Counted from the stretch's first letter, positions 29,714-39,987 are shown. The stretch: DNA of 64,000 nt from an uncultured Chloroflexia bacterium (GCA_963752775.1 CAVVZL010000035.1:10249-74248); one strand, 5' to 3'. Made by a program: numbers and translations. The notes: generated by a model from the sequence alone, not told the origin.

Positions 29714-30243
29714 AAGCTTCCTCAGAAAGAATTCAATGTTTGCAAAATGGTAGCACAGCCAGATGACAGTCAGATGAATTTATTTATGAGTTATCGGTCA
29801 GCATTCAGAAGAAAGGCACATTATGGGAAGTTATCGATTAGATGGACAAATTGCAAGACAAGATGATATGTTTCCAGGTTACATATGGTGAAGTTGAATA
29901 ACGCCGCTGGACGACTTTACAACTTACTTAATCAACTTGGCATGAATTCATCCTTGCAACCATTTTCCTCTCGCTCCACCGTCTTCATTGGCGCATCTAC
30001 ATCTCCTGAAAAGCTTGATTGGCAAAGTGGGCAACCTGATTCACCTTGTTCCATGCGAGGAGTGTGAGGCGATATATCCCAGACACCCTGTTTTTAATGG
30101 TCTATTAGCTTAAGTTTTTACTTACATCAAAATAAATTTGGTTGTAGAATTAGATGGTCATTGGAGACCGAATAGCGATACAAGGGGAATACGCTAGGCT
30201 CGCTACCCAAAATTTGACGCATACTCAAATTATAGGAGACCAA

Positions 30244-31623
30244 ATGACTCACCCCTATCCACCTGAACCCTTCCGTATCAAAGTCATCGAACCAATCCAC
30301 CTCGTTCTGCCGGAAGAGCGCGAAGCAAAACTCAAAGAAGCAGGCTATAACCTGTTCTCGATGAAAGCCGAAGACATCTTCATTGATCTGCTCACCGACT
30401 CAGGCACGGGCGCGATGAGTCAGGATCAATGGGCGGCGATCATGCGCGGCGACGAGTTGTACGCGGGCGCGCGCTCATACTATCGTCTCAAAGCTGCAGT
30501 CGAAGATATTTTCGGATTCAAATATTTTGTCCCAACGCATCAGGGACGCGCCGCCGAAAATATTTTGTCGGCATGTTTGGTCAAGCCCGGGCAATATGTA
30601 CCGAGCAACATGCACTTTGACACCACCGACGCCAACATCCGCGCCCGAGGCGGTCGCCCGACCAATCTCATCATTGACGAAGCCTTCGATCCCGCCAATC
30701 CACATCCGTTCAAAGGCAACATGGACATCGTGAAATTAAAAGCCTTCATCGAAAAAACCGGCGCGGACAAAATTCCATTTGGCATGGTGACCGTCACCAA
30801 TAACGCAGGAGGCGGGCAGCCGGTCTCTATGGCAAACATCAAAGCGATTGCGGATGCTTATCACTCGCATAAGATTTCGTTCTTCATCGACGCAGCGCGC
30901 TACGCCGAAAACTGCTTCTTCATCAAACAGCGTGAACGCGGCTACGAGACGAGGTCCGTTAAAGAGATTGCCCGCGAAATGTTTTCTCTTGCCGATGGCA
31001 TGACTATGTCCGCCAAGAAAGATGCCATCGTCAACATCGGCGGATTGCTGTGCATGAACGATGGGTCGTTTTTTCAAAACGTAAAGAACGAATTGATCCT
31101 GCGCGAAGGCTTCCCCACTTACGGTGGACTTGCAGGTCGTGATCTGGATGCGATGGCGGTCGGTTTATACGAGGGAATTGATGAAGCATATCTTTCGTAC
31201 CGTCTTGCACAAACCGCGTATCTCGTAGCGCGAATCAATGAGGCGGGCATTCCGTCTATTCAACCCGCGGGCGGACACGCAGTTTATCTTGATGCACACG
31301 CGGTTCTGCCCCACATTCCGCAAAGCGAATTTCCCGGTCAAGCACTTGCCGTTGAACTTTACCGTGAAGGCGCGATCCGCGGCGCCGAAATCGGCTCGGT
31401 CATGTTTGCTTATCCAGATCCCGATTCCGGAAAAATGATTTATCCAAAACTTGAATTGTTACGGCTTGCAATTCCCCGTCGAACATACACCCAAACTCAC
31501 ATGGACTATGTGGCGGATACCCTCGCAAAAATCAAATCGCGCGCTTCATCTATTCGCGGTTACAAATTTACATATGCACCGGAATTATTACGTCACTTCA
31601 CCGCATGCTTCGAGCCGCTTTGA
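30244..31623 (+). CDS. tnaA: tryptophanase (beta-eliminating lyase family)
   Basis: ATG 30244 follows TAGGAGAC. VPTHQGRAAEN, NNAGGGQPVS, DAARYAENCFFIKQRE, MSAKKDA (PLP Lys), EGFPTYGGL, LPHIPQSEFPGQALAVELY and FTYAPELLRHFTA. By eye it is closer to E. coli TnaA than to tyrosine phenol-lyase. Confidence 0.8.
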   Translation: MTHPYPPEPFRIKVIEPIHLVLPEEREAKLKEAGYNLFSMKAEDIFIDLLTDSGTGAMSQDQWAAIMRGDELYAGARSYYRLKAAVEDIFGFKYFVPTHQGRAAENILSACLVKPGQYVPSNMHFDTTDANIRARGGRPTNLIIDEAFDPANPHPFKGNMDIVKLKAFIEKTGADKIPFGMVTVTNNAGGGQPVSMANIKAIADAYHSHKISFFIDAARYAENCFFIKQRERGYETRSVKEIAREMFSLADGMTMSAKKDAIVNIGGLLCMNDGSFFQNVKNELILREGFPTYGGLAGRDLDAMAVGLYEGIDEAYLSYRLAQTAYLVARINEAGIPSIQPAGGHAVYLDAHAVLPHIPQSEFPGQALAVELYREGAIRGAEIGSVMFAYPDPDSGKMIYPKLELLRLAIPRRTYTQTHMDYVADTLAKIKSRASSIRGYKFTYAPELLRHFTACFEPL

Positions 31624-31672
31624 GTCATGGTTTTCCGTTTAGGACCTGACCAAGATGCGTTAGCTCTGGCCG

Positions 31673-32089
31673 CTACTTCCTTCGCTTCGACACGCGTATC
31701 ACAAGCTTCAATCCCGACCACACCTCGCTTACCGCACAAACCTTTACATCCACGAAGCCAAGCGGAAGCGCGATATCGCGAATCACATGATCGGTAATAT
31801 TGGTCGATATCTTTGATGATTTCTTCGGCCATGATACCCACACGAAACCATCTTGTTTCAATTCCGTTCGCAATTTGAAAAGCATCGCATTCAAGAATGT
31901 GCTCTCGGTTGCAAAAAGATGAACCGCCTCAATGGGCTTTTTGATCCTGGTAACTAAAAGCGCACCTTCAGGCAATTCATCCAGCCATGTTTTATATCCC
32001 TTTGGCGCGTTGATGATAAGTAGTCTCATTGATGGAGTGATGCCCAGTTTCTTTGAGAGCGGGTTATCTGAATAACCAATATTTGCCAT
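31673..32089 (-). CDS. DUF3052-family protein
   Basis: MANIGYSDNPLSKKLGI..., WVSWPKK and DVKVCAVSEVWSGLKLVIR match the DUF3052 pattern as I remember it. Confidence 0.7.
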   Translation of the reverse strand: MANIGYSDNPLSKKLGITPSMRLLIINAPKGYKTWLDELPEGALLVTRIKKPIEAVHLFATESTFLNAMLFKLRTELKQDGFVWVSWPKKSSKISTNITDHVIRDIALPLGFVDVKVCAVSEVWSGLKLVIRVSKRRK

Positions 32090-32131
32090 CAGCAAATTAT
32101 ACAATCAAACTTGACACCCTACCTTTGACAA

Positions 32132-34421
32132 ATGATACTTACCCGTATGACGCACTGGCTTGATCCTCGTCCCGTAAAAATTCCGTTTTCATTTTCGACC
32201 TTCAATCTGCCTCCGCTAATCGCGCAGACTCTCCTCCGACGCGGCATCAATGACGCTGAATCTGTGCGCGCGTTTCTTTATCCTGATTCGCTTCCATCAA
32301 CTCTCTTTCCTGAAATTGAAAATGCTATTGAGTGTATTATGCTGGCTATGCGCTCCAACAAATCCATCTGCGTTTGGGGCGACTTTGACGTAGATGGGCA
32401 AACTTCCACTACCCTTTTAGTTCAAACCCTACAAGCTATCGGGGCAAACGTCACTTACTACATTCCGATTCGCGGCAAAGAGGGCCATGGCGTTCATATC
32501 GAGAGTCTCAAGCCCATCATTGATAACGGGGCGAAGTTAATGATCGCTTGCGATACCGGCATTACCGCATATGAAGCCATTAATTATGCCAACTCGCGGG
32601 GTGTAGATGTAATCGTCACTGACCATCATGACCTAGGCGACACACTTCCGAACGCAAAGGCGATCATCAATCCAAAGATGTTGCCCAAAGGTCATCCGCT
32701 TGCAAATCTCGCTGGCGTCGGTGTTGCGTACAAGCTCGCGGAGGCACTTTTAATCCATAACCGAAAATTTGAAGTCGCAGATCTGCTTGATCTCGTTGCT
32801 CTCGGTCTTATTGCCGATGTTGCCTTGCTTAGAGGTGAAACGCGGTCGCTTGCACAAAAAGGAATTCAAGCATTACGAAATCACAAATCGACTCGGCTTG
32901 AAGGTTATGGCCGAGTTATCGGGGACAAATCTCGAAATATTGACTGAAGAAACCATCGGCTTCACATTTGCCCCACGCCTCAACGCGCTGGGACGATTAG
33001 GCGATGCAAATCCCGCTGTTGAATTATTGTTAACGCAAGATCCAGTTCGAGCAAGAGTCTTTGCCGCACAAATTGAGGGATTGAACACGCAGCGGAGACT
33101 ACTTACGAGTCAAGTCTATCAAGCAGCAGAAGCACAAATTCGCGAGAAATCTTTCTTTGCTTGCCGAGCCTGCGATCATTTTGTCACACCGCGATTGGCC
33201 GGGCGGCGTGGTGGGAATTGTTGCCAACAAATTGGTTGAGCGATATCACAAGCCTGCCATTCTATTAACCGAATCAGATGATGGCATCTTGCGCGGCTCG
33301 GCTCGCTCGGTTGAAGGATTGCATATCACCGAAGCCATCGCGGCAAATAAAGATTTGTTGATCAACTTCGGCGGCCATCCCATGGCGGCAGGATTATCTT
33401 TGCAATCTGATAAACTCAGCGCCTTCAAGAAAGGCCTCGGCAAAGCAATTGAAAAACAACTTGGAGAAATAAGTTTTGAAGAGCCAACATTACAAATAGA
33501 TGCGTGGCTTGCATTGAACGAAATCAATTTTATGTTGGCTCAATCATTAGAATCACTTGCGCCGTTCGGCGCCGGAAACCCGGAATTGATCTTGGCGACT
33601 TGCAACCTAACATTGAAGTCCGTTAGAGAAATGGGAAAGACAAAGGAACATCGTCGGATGGTCGTTGCGGACGAGAACGGCGCTAAACAAGATATGCTAT
33701 GGTGGAAGGCGGAGTCCAAGGAATTCCCGATGCTGAAACAAAAATTGATGTGGCCTATTCTTTGCGCGCCAAGACATATCGAGGTGAGAAGCAACTCACT
33801 CTTCAGTTCCAGGAGTTCCGAGTGCTTAAAGAAACGCCAATCGAAATTCAGAAATCTAAAATCAAGATTTTGGATCGGAGAGCAGAGAATATGAAGTTGG
33901 ACGAATTGCCGTACGGCGTTTTAATATGGGCGGAAGGCGCCGATAGAGCCAAAGGCTCGAATCGTTTTGATTTGCACCCCGCAGATGAATTTGGAATTTA
34001 TACCACTCCGCCTTCACTCGTAGAATTGCGCGTCGCGCTTGAAGTCGTCAATCCAAAAATAGTTTATCTTTTGGGCATTTCACCAGCTGTGGAGAAGACC
34101 GATAATTTTTTATCGCGGCTAGCTGGCATGGCGAAATTTACAATCAATCAACGAACTAGTAAGACTAACATTTCAGAATTTGCCGCGGCAACTGCACAAC
34201 GCGAGGCGACGATTCGCATGGGGTTAGAATGGCTTGGGGCGGGCGGCCATCTCAAAGTCGAGGAAGAGAACGGCCAATTAAATCTTGCAATTGGAGATGG
34301 CATCTCTAATCCGTATCTGCAACGCGAGTTATACACTGCCATCAAAGGTCTCCTCAAAGAGGCAGAGGCATATCGCGATCATTTTATCCGTGCTGAGGCG
34401 GAATTACTTTTCAAGTTCTAA
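32132..34421 (+). CDS. recJ: single-stranded-DNA-specific exonuclease RecJ (at least three frame breaks)
   Basis: DFDVDGQTS, VTDHH and GGHPMAAG DHH/DHHA1 motifs. ORFs 32132..32947, 32769..33239, 33157..33894 and 33699..34421 rotate frames. Confidence 0.85.
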
Positions 34422-34439
34422 CCCCAAAACGATCACAAT

Positions 34440-34860
34440 CAAATACTGGCGGAACGAAAACTTCCCGAACATGGATGGTGTTTTGTGTGCAGCTCCGAAA
34501 ATCCGCGTGGCATTGTGGGTGGGTGATGATGGAATTATCATTTCGAGTTTACCCTAAACGATGCTCAACCAGGTCCGCCTAGTTACGCACACGGCGATGC
34601 CTCAACGGCAATTCCGGATGAAGCCACGGAACTTCGTGGTTTGGGCAGCCGGCTTGAAAGTGGCTGCGGTCAATTTGGGAGCCAATTATCTTAAGCCCCT
34701 CCCCTCCATCAGCCGTTAACGATTGAAGGGCGTCTCACAAAGAAAGACGAACTCAAAATTTTTTGGCATTGGTGAAATCAAATTGCTAAGCGGCGTCACT
34801 GCTGCGAGCGGACGCAGTATCGATGTAATTGCGCCCCACTGATTTGAAAAAGTTGATCCC
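34440..34860 (+). pseudogene. hotdog-fold (PaaI-like) thioesterase remnant with dense frame breaks and stops
   Basis: HGWCFVCSSENPRGI, YAHGG-like, VNLGANYLKPLP and IGEIKLLSGVTAASGRS are scattered over three frames in about 400 bp. No frame is open for more than about 45 codons. Confidence 0.35.
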
Positions 34861-34890
34861 TCCATGAAAGATAAAGGCCCATAGCTTTAA

Positions 34891-35379
34891 TCAAGGTTGG
34901 ACACCAGGAAAACTGACCTTTGCAAAGCGCCCATTTGTTAACTTCACCAAATCGACGACTCGCAATTTAATATTCAATCCCCGTTGCCCGCCTGAAATAT
35001 GAATTTCCTTAAAGTTCTGCGCGGATGAATCAATTACGAGCTGGAAGCCTTTGTTTATCAGGGCCAGCGGCGAAATCCCACCTGCCTGCAGACCGGTTAA
35101 TTCTTCGGCTTCGCGTTCTGTTGCGAGATGAACCTTCTTTTCATGAAGTGCCGATGCAACAAGTTTCAAATCAACGGTTAGATTTCCAGGAACCACAACC
35201 AGCAATGTTTTTTTTGGTTTCTCGCGTGTGACGACGATCGTTTTGAAAACAATAGCCGAATCAATGCCAAGAAGCCGTGCCGTCTCAAGCGCACCAAGTT
35301 TTTCGGCAGGCAATTCATACGCGGTGTATTCGATCTTGTGCGAGGCCAAAAGCCGTGTGACATTATTAATAATAGTCAT
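34891..35379 (-). CDS. ybaK: YbaK/EbsC-type Cys-tRNA(Pro) deacylase
   Basis: Intact 162 aa. ...VFKTIVV..., VVVPGN..DLKL and HISGGQRGLNI are typical YbaK pattern. Confidence 0.8.
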   Translation of the reverse strand: MTIINNVTRLLASHKIEYTAYELPAEKLGALETARLLGIDSAIVFKTIVVTREKPKKTLLVVVPGNLTVDLKLVASALHEKKVHLATEREAEELTGLQAGGISPLALINKGFQLVIDSSAQNFKEIHISGGQRGLNIKLRVVDLVKLTNGRFAKVSFPGVQP

Positions 35380-35529
35380 TTAATTAACTTTCATCTATTT
35401 TACTCCGCATGGTAAACTCTAAGTCAAACAAGTGACGCCATGATTTATCCCATCGATCTAGCGAGGGCGCTAGCGCAACGCCAATATCCAATGGATTTCG
35501 CTTAACCATTCCCACTTCATCTCAATACG

Positions 35530-36191
35530 AATACTGCCTTGCACAAGTAGATGATTACACACGCCTGCCCCGTCGCAATTTCCCTGCGCGTCCTCCTTTG
35601 ACTTTTGGTATACGCGTACGCGCTTCGGCTGAATTGATTCCCGGAACATGGGGCTTCGGTTTTGTGGAACGATCCATTTGGTTTGTCGCTTGGTTTTGGT
35701 GGGAATTCATTCCGTCTGCCCACTTTGCCAAATGCGATCTGGTTTTTCAATGCTTCACCACAAAACTATCTATCCTTTCGAAATGATAAGCCTGCGCAAG
35801 GTTTTCTCGCACAGACATTCAGCAGCCCGTTTTTTCCTCAATGCAATTCCTCATTGGATTTATGTTGCCTTTTTCAAAAGACGAAGGCGCGTCGAATACT
35901 TGGGCGCATCGTTGAGGAGCGATCTCGGTTGCCATCAGTACAGATGTGACTTAATGGCACAATTATCGGCTCGAGTGGAGTTCGAACCGGTCTACGTTTT
36001 GGGTGGACGAAACTTTAGTGTTAGAGACGCCAGTGAGTCCGCGCCCGCCATTGGGATTGGTCATTTGGATGGACAATCAGTATGCGGCATTTACGCCGCA
36101 GGGCAAAATGAAATGGGGATTGGAAGAAAATTTAACCGAGGCGTGGCTGGAAGTTGAAAAGATTGAAATAGAAGCATCAGGGCAGATCTAG
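35530..36191 (+). CDS. conserved-looking hypothetical protein, frame-broken
   Basis: Fragments PLTFGIRVRASAELIPGTWGFGF, WNDPFGLSLGFGG..RLPTLPNAIWFFNASPQNYLSFRNDKPAQGFLAQTF and IGLVIWMDNQYAAFTPQGKMKWG lie in different + frames. Family not recognised. Confidence 0.3.
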
Positions 36192-36252
36192 AACCTGCCT
36201 TGATGCTTTTATTATTAGTGCTTAATGAGGAAAACGTGATTAGGTATTGTCG

Positions 36253-36951
36253 TCAGTCGCTTGGTGTGTATGAGCAGCGCTGAATCAAAAGACTATTGAG
36301 ATAGATTTGGGTCCGGCCAGCCTCCTGCTGTTGGATATTCGTTGCGACCAATTGATATTGAACCCAGGCGACATTGAAATCCTTATAGTATGCGAGCACC
36401 TTTGTCGAAAGATCATACGTGAATGTGCCAAACCCATCGTCATGCATGCTGAGCCCTTTATTCCATGCGGTAGTCGTATTTCCGTTTTCACTCTGGAGAC
36501 GAGTGAAAAGTACCACTGAAGTAACGTTAAACCCGCTTACAACTTGGGCAGTAACTGTAATAGAGTTGGTATCACAGGTATCGCCCCAGTTAATTTGAGT
36601 ACCTGAAGTCGTAACACTTTCAAACACCGGGCCCTGCGGCGTTGGCTGGATTAAGGATGTAGAGGTCACTGGGACGACAGTCCCAGGAACCATTGTTGCA
36701 GTCGAAGTGGAAACCACAGTAGCCGTTGGTGTGCTGCTAACTGTCGGAGTGGGCTGAGTCGGTGTCATCGAGGGCGCTGGAATCAATGTAATCGAGAGAG
36801 TTTCTGTGGGAAGTGATGTTGGGACCGAAAGCGTTTCTGTCGGCACCGATGTGGGAACAAGCAACGTGGGTGTCGCGGGAATTAATGATGTGGTAGAGCA
36901 TGCCACAACAAGCAAGCCCAGGATAGAAAGGATGAGACAAATCTTTTTCAC
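36253..36951 (-). CDS. Pro/Thr-rich lipoprotein
   Basis: MKKICLILSILGLLVVACS lipobox. PT-rich linker of about 90 aa with an internal PTSxPTETLS repeat. Cys-containing beta-rich C-terminal domain. Confidence 0.65.
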   Translation of the reverse strand: MKKICLILSILGLLVVACSTTSLIPATPTLLVPTSVPTETLSVPTSLPTETLSITLIPAPSMTPTQPTPTVSSTPTATVVSTSTATMVPGTVVPVTSTSLIQPTPQGPVFESVTTSGTQINWGDTCDTNSITVTAQVVSGFNVTSVVLFTRLQSENGNTTTAWNKGLSMHDDGFGTFTYDLSTKVLAYYKDFNVAWVQYQLVATNIQQQEAGRTQIYLNSLLIQRCSYTPSD

Positions 36952-37070
36952 AGGATACCTCCTCGATTTTGCAAAAAGCTACCTATAGTCTTATTGTATT
37001 ATTAAACGAGTTTGGGATAACGCATATGGTTTGTAAACTCAAGATTTACTGATTAAGATACTTCCAGCCG

Positions 37071-37099
37071 TTGACATGAACACCTCATGCCATTATAAT
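37071..37099 (+). promoter_or_regulatory. consensus sigma70 promoter of the rplU-rpmA-rpmE operon
   Basis: TTGACA (37071..37076), a 17-nt spacer, then TATAAT (37094..37099). This implies a 5' UTR of about 125-130 nt before ATG 37234. Confidence 0.55.
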
Positions 37100-37233
37100 A
37101 TTGTCCGCTTCTGCCCTGGCAGTTGGATGTGCCGGGGCGGTTGCTTGATAAACCAGCTTCCCCAACGGGATGGGTCGAAGGATGCAAGTTTTCCCGCAGT
37201 CTGCATGGCGAAGTGAATGACTGGAGAAAAATA

Positions 37234-37794
37234 ATGAGATATGCAATTGTAGAAAGCGGCGGCAAACAATATAGAGCCGTCGAAGGACAGACGATTGAAG
37301 TGGATCGTCTGGCCAATAAAGAGGGCGCTCAACTTGATTTGATGACGCTGTTGATGGCCGATGGCGATGACGTATTGGTCGGAACACCGACCGTGGGCGG
37401 CATCCAGGTTAAGGCCACGGTGATGGATCACTTCCGCGGCGAAAAAGTCTTCCGTTTCAAGTACGCACCAAAGAAACGCATTCGTGTGCGGGGTGGTCAC
37501 CGCCAGCAATATACGCGGCTGATGGTGGACTTCATCGGCAAGCCCGGCGAGACTCGCAAAGTTGAAAAAGCGGAGCCGAAGCCTATTGTCGAGGAGAAAG
37601 CCAGGCCGAAAATTGAAAAGGCTGAGGCAGAACCGAAAGTCAAAGCTGAGAAGCCGGTTGTAAGTCCGACGAAGGAAGCGCCAGCTAAGAAAGCGGAGAA
37701 ATCCGAAAAGGCGCCAACTAAAAAATCCGCAGAAAAGAAAACCTCGACTCCAAAAAGTCGAGCAAGTGAAGTGAGAGGTAGAAATGGCTCATAA
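37234..37794 (+). CDS. rplU: 50S ribosomal protein L21 with a ~85-aa Lys/Glu/Ala/Pro-rich C-terminal extension
   Basis: [26 protein letters not shown]...[16 protein letters not shown] is the L21 core. The tail follows: [33 protein letters not shown]...[12 protein letters not shown]. The gene overlaps the rpmA start by 11 nt. Confidence 0.9.
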   Translation: MRYAIVESGGKQYRAVEGQTIEVDRLANKEGAQLDLMTLLMADGDDVLVGTPTVGGIQVKATVMDHFRGEKVFRFKYAPKKRIRVRGGHRQQYTRLMVDFIGKPGETRKVEKAEPKPIVEEKARPKIEKAEAEPKVKAEKPVVSPTKEAPAKKAEKSEKAPTKKSAEKKTSTPKSRASEVRGRNGS

Positions 37795-38044
37795 AAAAGG
37801 TGGCGCTTCCAGCCGCAACGGACGTGACTCCAATGGTCAGCGATTAGGCGTCAAGCGTTATGGCGGTCAATTCGTTTTGGCAGGTAACATTTTGATTCGC
37901 CAACGTGGAACCAAGATCAAACCCGGTTTGAATGTAGATGCAGGCAAGGACGATACTCTGTTCGCCACGATGGATGGCGTGGTAATGTTCGACTTGGTGC
38001 GGGGCCGCAAGCGCGTCAATGTGATGCCGGTGGCAAAGGAATAA
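37784..38044 (+). CDS. rpmA: 50S ribosomal protein L27
   Basis: [28 protein letters not shown]... There is no N-terminal propeptide, and GAGAGG lies upstream. Confidence 0.95.
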   Translation: MAHKKGGASSRNGRDSNGQRLGVKRYGGQFVLAGNILIRQRGTKIKPGLNVDAGKDDTLFATMDGVVMFDLVRGRKRVNVMPVAKE

Positions 38045-38045
38045 C

Positions 38046-38528
38046 ATGAAAGCAGAAATTCATCCGAAATTTTATACGGACGCCAAAGTGGTTTGCGCTT
38101 CGTGCGGCACCACTTGGACAACGGGTTCCACCAAAAAGGAATTACGCGTCGACATTTGCTCGAACTGCCATCCGTTCTTCAGCGGCGAGGCCCAGCGCAT
38201 CATTGACATCGAAGGACAGGTGGATCGCTTCTATAAGAAGTTGACTGCCCGCCAAACCTATGTGGATACCAAAAAGGCCCGCGATGCCGCGAAGAAATCT
38301 CCTGAGCGTCCCATCACCGAACTTGGGCTTTCGGCGCGTGCAACGGAAGCGTTGGCGAAAGCTGGCATCACCGAAGTCAATCAATTGTTAAATAAACTTT
38401 CTGAAGGTGAAGCAACTGTCCTTGCCATCGAAGGCTTTGGTCAAAAATCATTGATTGACGCAAAGAAGAAACTGCGCGGGTTGGGCTACGAATTGCCCGA
38501 GTCGTCCACTGCGGATGCGTCCGCATAG
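38046..38528 (+). CDS. rpmE: 50S ribosomal protein L31 (Zn-ribbon type) fused to a C-terminal helix-hairpin-helix domain resembling the RNA polymerase alpha CTD
   Basis: [10 protein letters not shown]...CASCG...[10 protein letters not shown]...GQVDRFYKK is the L31 core. A basic linker follows, then [24 protein letters not shown]...[25 protein letters not shown]. Confidence 0.9.
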   Translation: MKAEIHPKFYTDAKVVCASCGTTWTTGSTKKELRVDICSNCHPFFSGEAQRIIDIEGQVDRFYKKLTARQTYVDTKKARDAAKKSPERPITELGLSARATEALAKAGITEVNQLLNKLSEGEATVLAIEGFGQKSLIDAKKKLRGLGYELPESSTADASA

Positions 38529-38561
38529 GATTTGCAGAGGAAGTTTAATCAGGTAAACTTG

Positions 38562-38595
38562 ACAGGCAGATACGAAAGTGTCTGCCTGTTTTGTT
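38562..38595 (+). terminator. rho-independent terminator after rpmE
   Basis: ACAGGCAGA-10 nt loop-TCTGCCTGT followed by TTTTGTTG. Confidence 0.7.
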
Positions 38596-38609
38596 GAGAA
38601 GGAAAATGG

Positions 38610-39179
38610 ATGCGACATACCCACGGCTCGATTGAAGTGATTTGCGGCTCGATGTTCAGCGGCAAAACAGATGAGTTGATTCGGCGGCTTATTCGCGCAA
38701 GAATCGCAAAGCAGAAAGTGCAGGTTTTCAAGCCTGCCATTGATGTGCGCTATGCGGTCGAGAAGGTTACGTCGCACATGGGAACAAATTTCGAAGCCAT
38801 TCCGGTCGAAAAAGCGGCAGAGATTCGCAGCAAAGTTGAAAAGGATACAACGGTGGTCGGCATTGACGAGGCGCAGTTCATGGATGCTGAAATTGTCAAT
38901 GTAGCGCAGGAATTGGCGGAGCGCGGCGTTCGCGTACTTGTGGCCGGACTCGATATGGATTTCCGCGGCGAGCCATTTGGTCCGATGCCGATGCTGATGT
39001 CGATGGCGGAACGTGTGGATAAGCTTCATGCCATCTGCATGATTTGCGGAGATGAAGCTTCTCGCACACAAAGGCTTGTTAACGGAAAGCCAGCGCGCTA
39101 TGATGACCCCGTGGTAATTGTCGGCGCATCCGAATTATATGAAGCGCGTTGCCGCATCCATCACGAAATCCCACGGTAG
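38610..39179 (+). CDS. tdk: thymidine kinase
   Basis: GSMFSGKT P-loop, IDEAQF, and Zn-ligand pairs CMICG / CRIHH. Intact 189 aa. Confidence 0.95.
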   Translation: MRHTHGSIEVICGSMFSGKTDELIRRLIRARIAKQKVQVFKPAIDVRYAVEKVTSHMGTNFEAIPVEKAAEIRSKVEKDTTVVGIDEAQFMDAEIVNVAQELAERGVRVLVAGLDMDFRGEPFGPMPMLMSMAERVDKLHAICMICGDEASRTQRLVNGKPARYDDPVVIVGASELYEARCRIHHEIPR

Positions 39180-39217
39180 TGGTGAGAAGCGCCGCGATAA
39201 TTTGCAGGAAAAATCAG

Positions 39218-39776
39218 ATGCAAGATTATAAAGAAGTATTAGCCGAAATTTTGATTGACGAAATAACGTTACAGGACCGAATCGCGGAACTCGGCGCGGA
39301 GATTAGCCACGACTATGAAGGCCGTAACTTGATTCTCATCTGCATTCTACGCGGCGGCATGGTCTTTCTTGTGGATTTAATGCGACATATCACGGTCCCA
39401 CACATGATGGATTTTATGGCGGTCTCTTCGTATGGTACGGGCGTGCGGGAATCAAGTGGAAGTGTGCGTGTTACGTATGATCTTCAAACCGATATTCGCG
39501 GCAAGGATGTATTGTTGATTGAAGATATTGTAGATAGCGGAAACACAATTGCTTCCGTGCTTGAATTTTTGCAAACACGCCAACCGCGTTCACTTAAAGT
39601 CTGCACATTGTTGGATAAAGAGGAACGGCGTGAAGCAGCCGTGCCCATCCATTATCGCGGCTTCCGTATCCCGAACAAGTTTGTTTTTGGCTATGGTCTT
39701 GACCTCGATGAGTATTATCGCAATCTTCCCTTTCATCGGCGTGGTGGATCTTAAAAAATACAAGCCACTCTCATAA
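39218..39776 (+). CDS. hpt: hypoxanthine phosphoribosyltransferase (frame break near 39730)
   Basis: ATG 39218 (MQDYKE...). VLLIEDIVDSGNT PRPP motif and FVFGYGLDLDEYYRNLPF. The C-terminus IGVVDLKKYKPLS is in the frame of ORF 39549..39776, after a CCC/TTT run. Confidence 0.9.
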
Positions 39777-39782
39777 AAGAAT

Positions 39783-39987
39783 ATGGACGATCAAGATTCT
39801 TATGCAGGACGCTGGGTAGCAAAGGTGCGCGGTAAAATCATCGCGCAGGGTGGAAACCCAGAGCAGGCTCTGCACGCAGCGCAAATAGAGTCGTCACAAA
39901 GAAAAGCCCGAAATTATTTACATGCCTCTTCCATTCACTTCTTCACCCATTATTGGATTCCATCCGTGCTGTGGTGCCGGATGTTGA
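39783..39987 (+). CDS. small hypothetical protein (frame break near 39890; end uncertain)
   Basis: MDDQDSYAGRWVAKVRGKIIAQGGNPEQALHAAQI..., then RHKEKPEIIYMP in the +1 frame. It overlaps the cca start. Confidence 0.25.

Noticed and set aside
29885-30067. 60-aa ORF upstream of tnaA as a TnaC-like leader peptide
   Set aside because: It has no Shine-Dalgarno sequence, lies more than 170 nt from tnaA, is much longer than known TnaC peptides and shows no similarity to them. It is kept only as a note within the tnaA finding.
36780-36860. Short tandem nucleotide repeat (~30 bp, two copies), considered as a possible CRISPR or minisatellite
   Set aside because: It lies inside the PT-rich linker of the lipoprotein gene and encodes the duplicated peptide PTSxPTETLS. 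There are only two copies and no spacer architecture.
37053-37509. Minus-strand ORFs (87-138 aa) overlapping the rplU promoter, leader and 5' coding region
   Set aside because: They are antisense to L21 and to a consensus promoter. They have no motifs and are mutually overlapping in three frames.
38448-39071. 207-aa minus-strand ORF
   Set aside because: It is entirely antisense to rpmE/tdk, which carry unambiguous motifs on the plus strand. Its His/Arg/Cys-rich low-complexity translation is typical of a shadow ORF.
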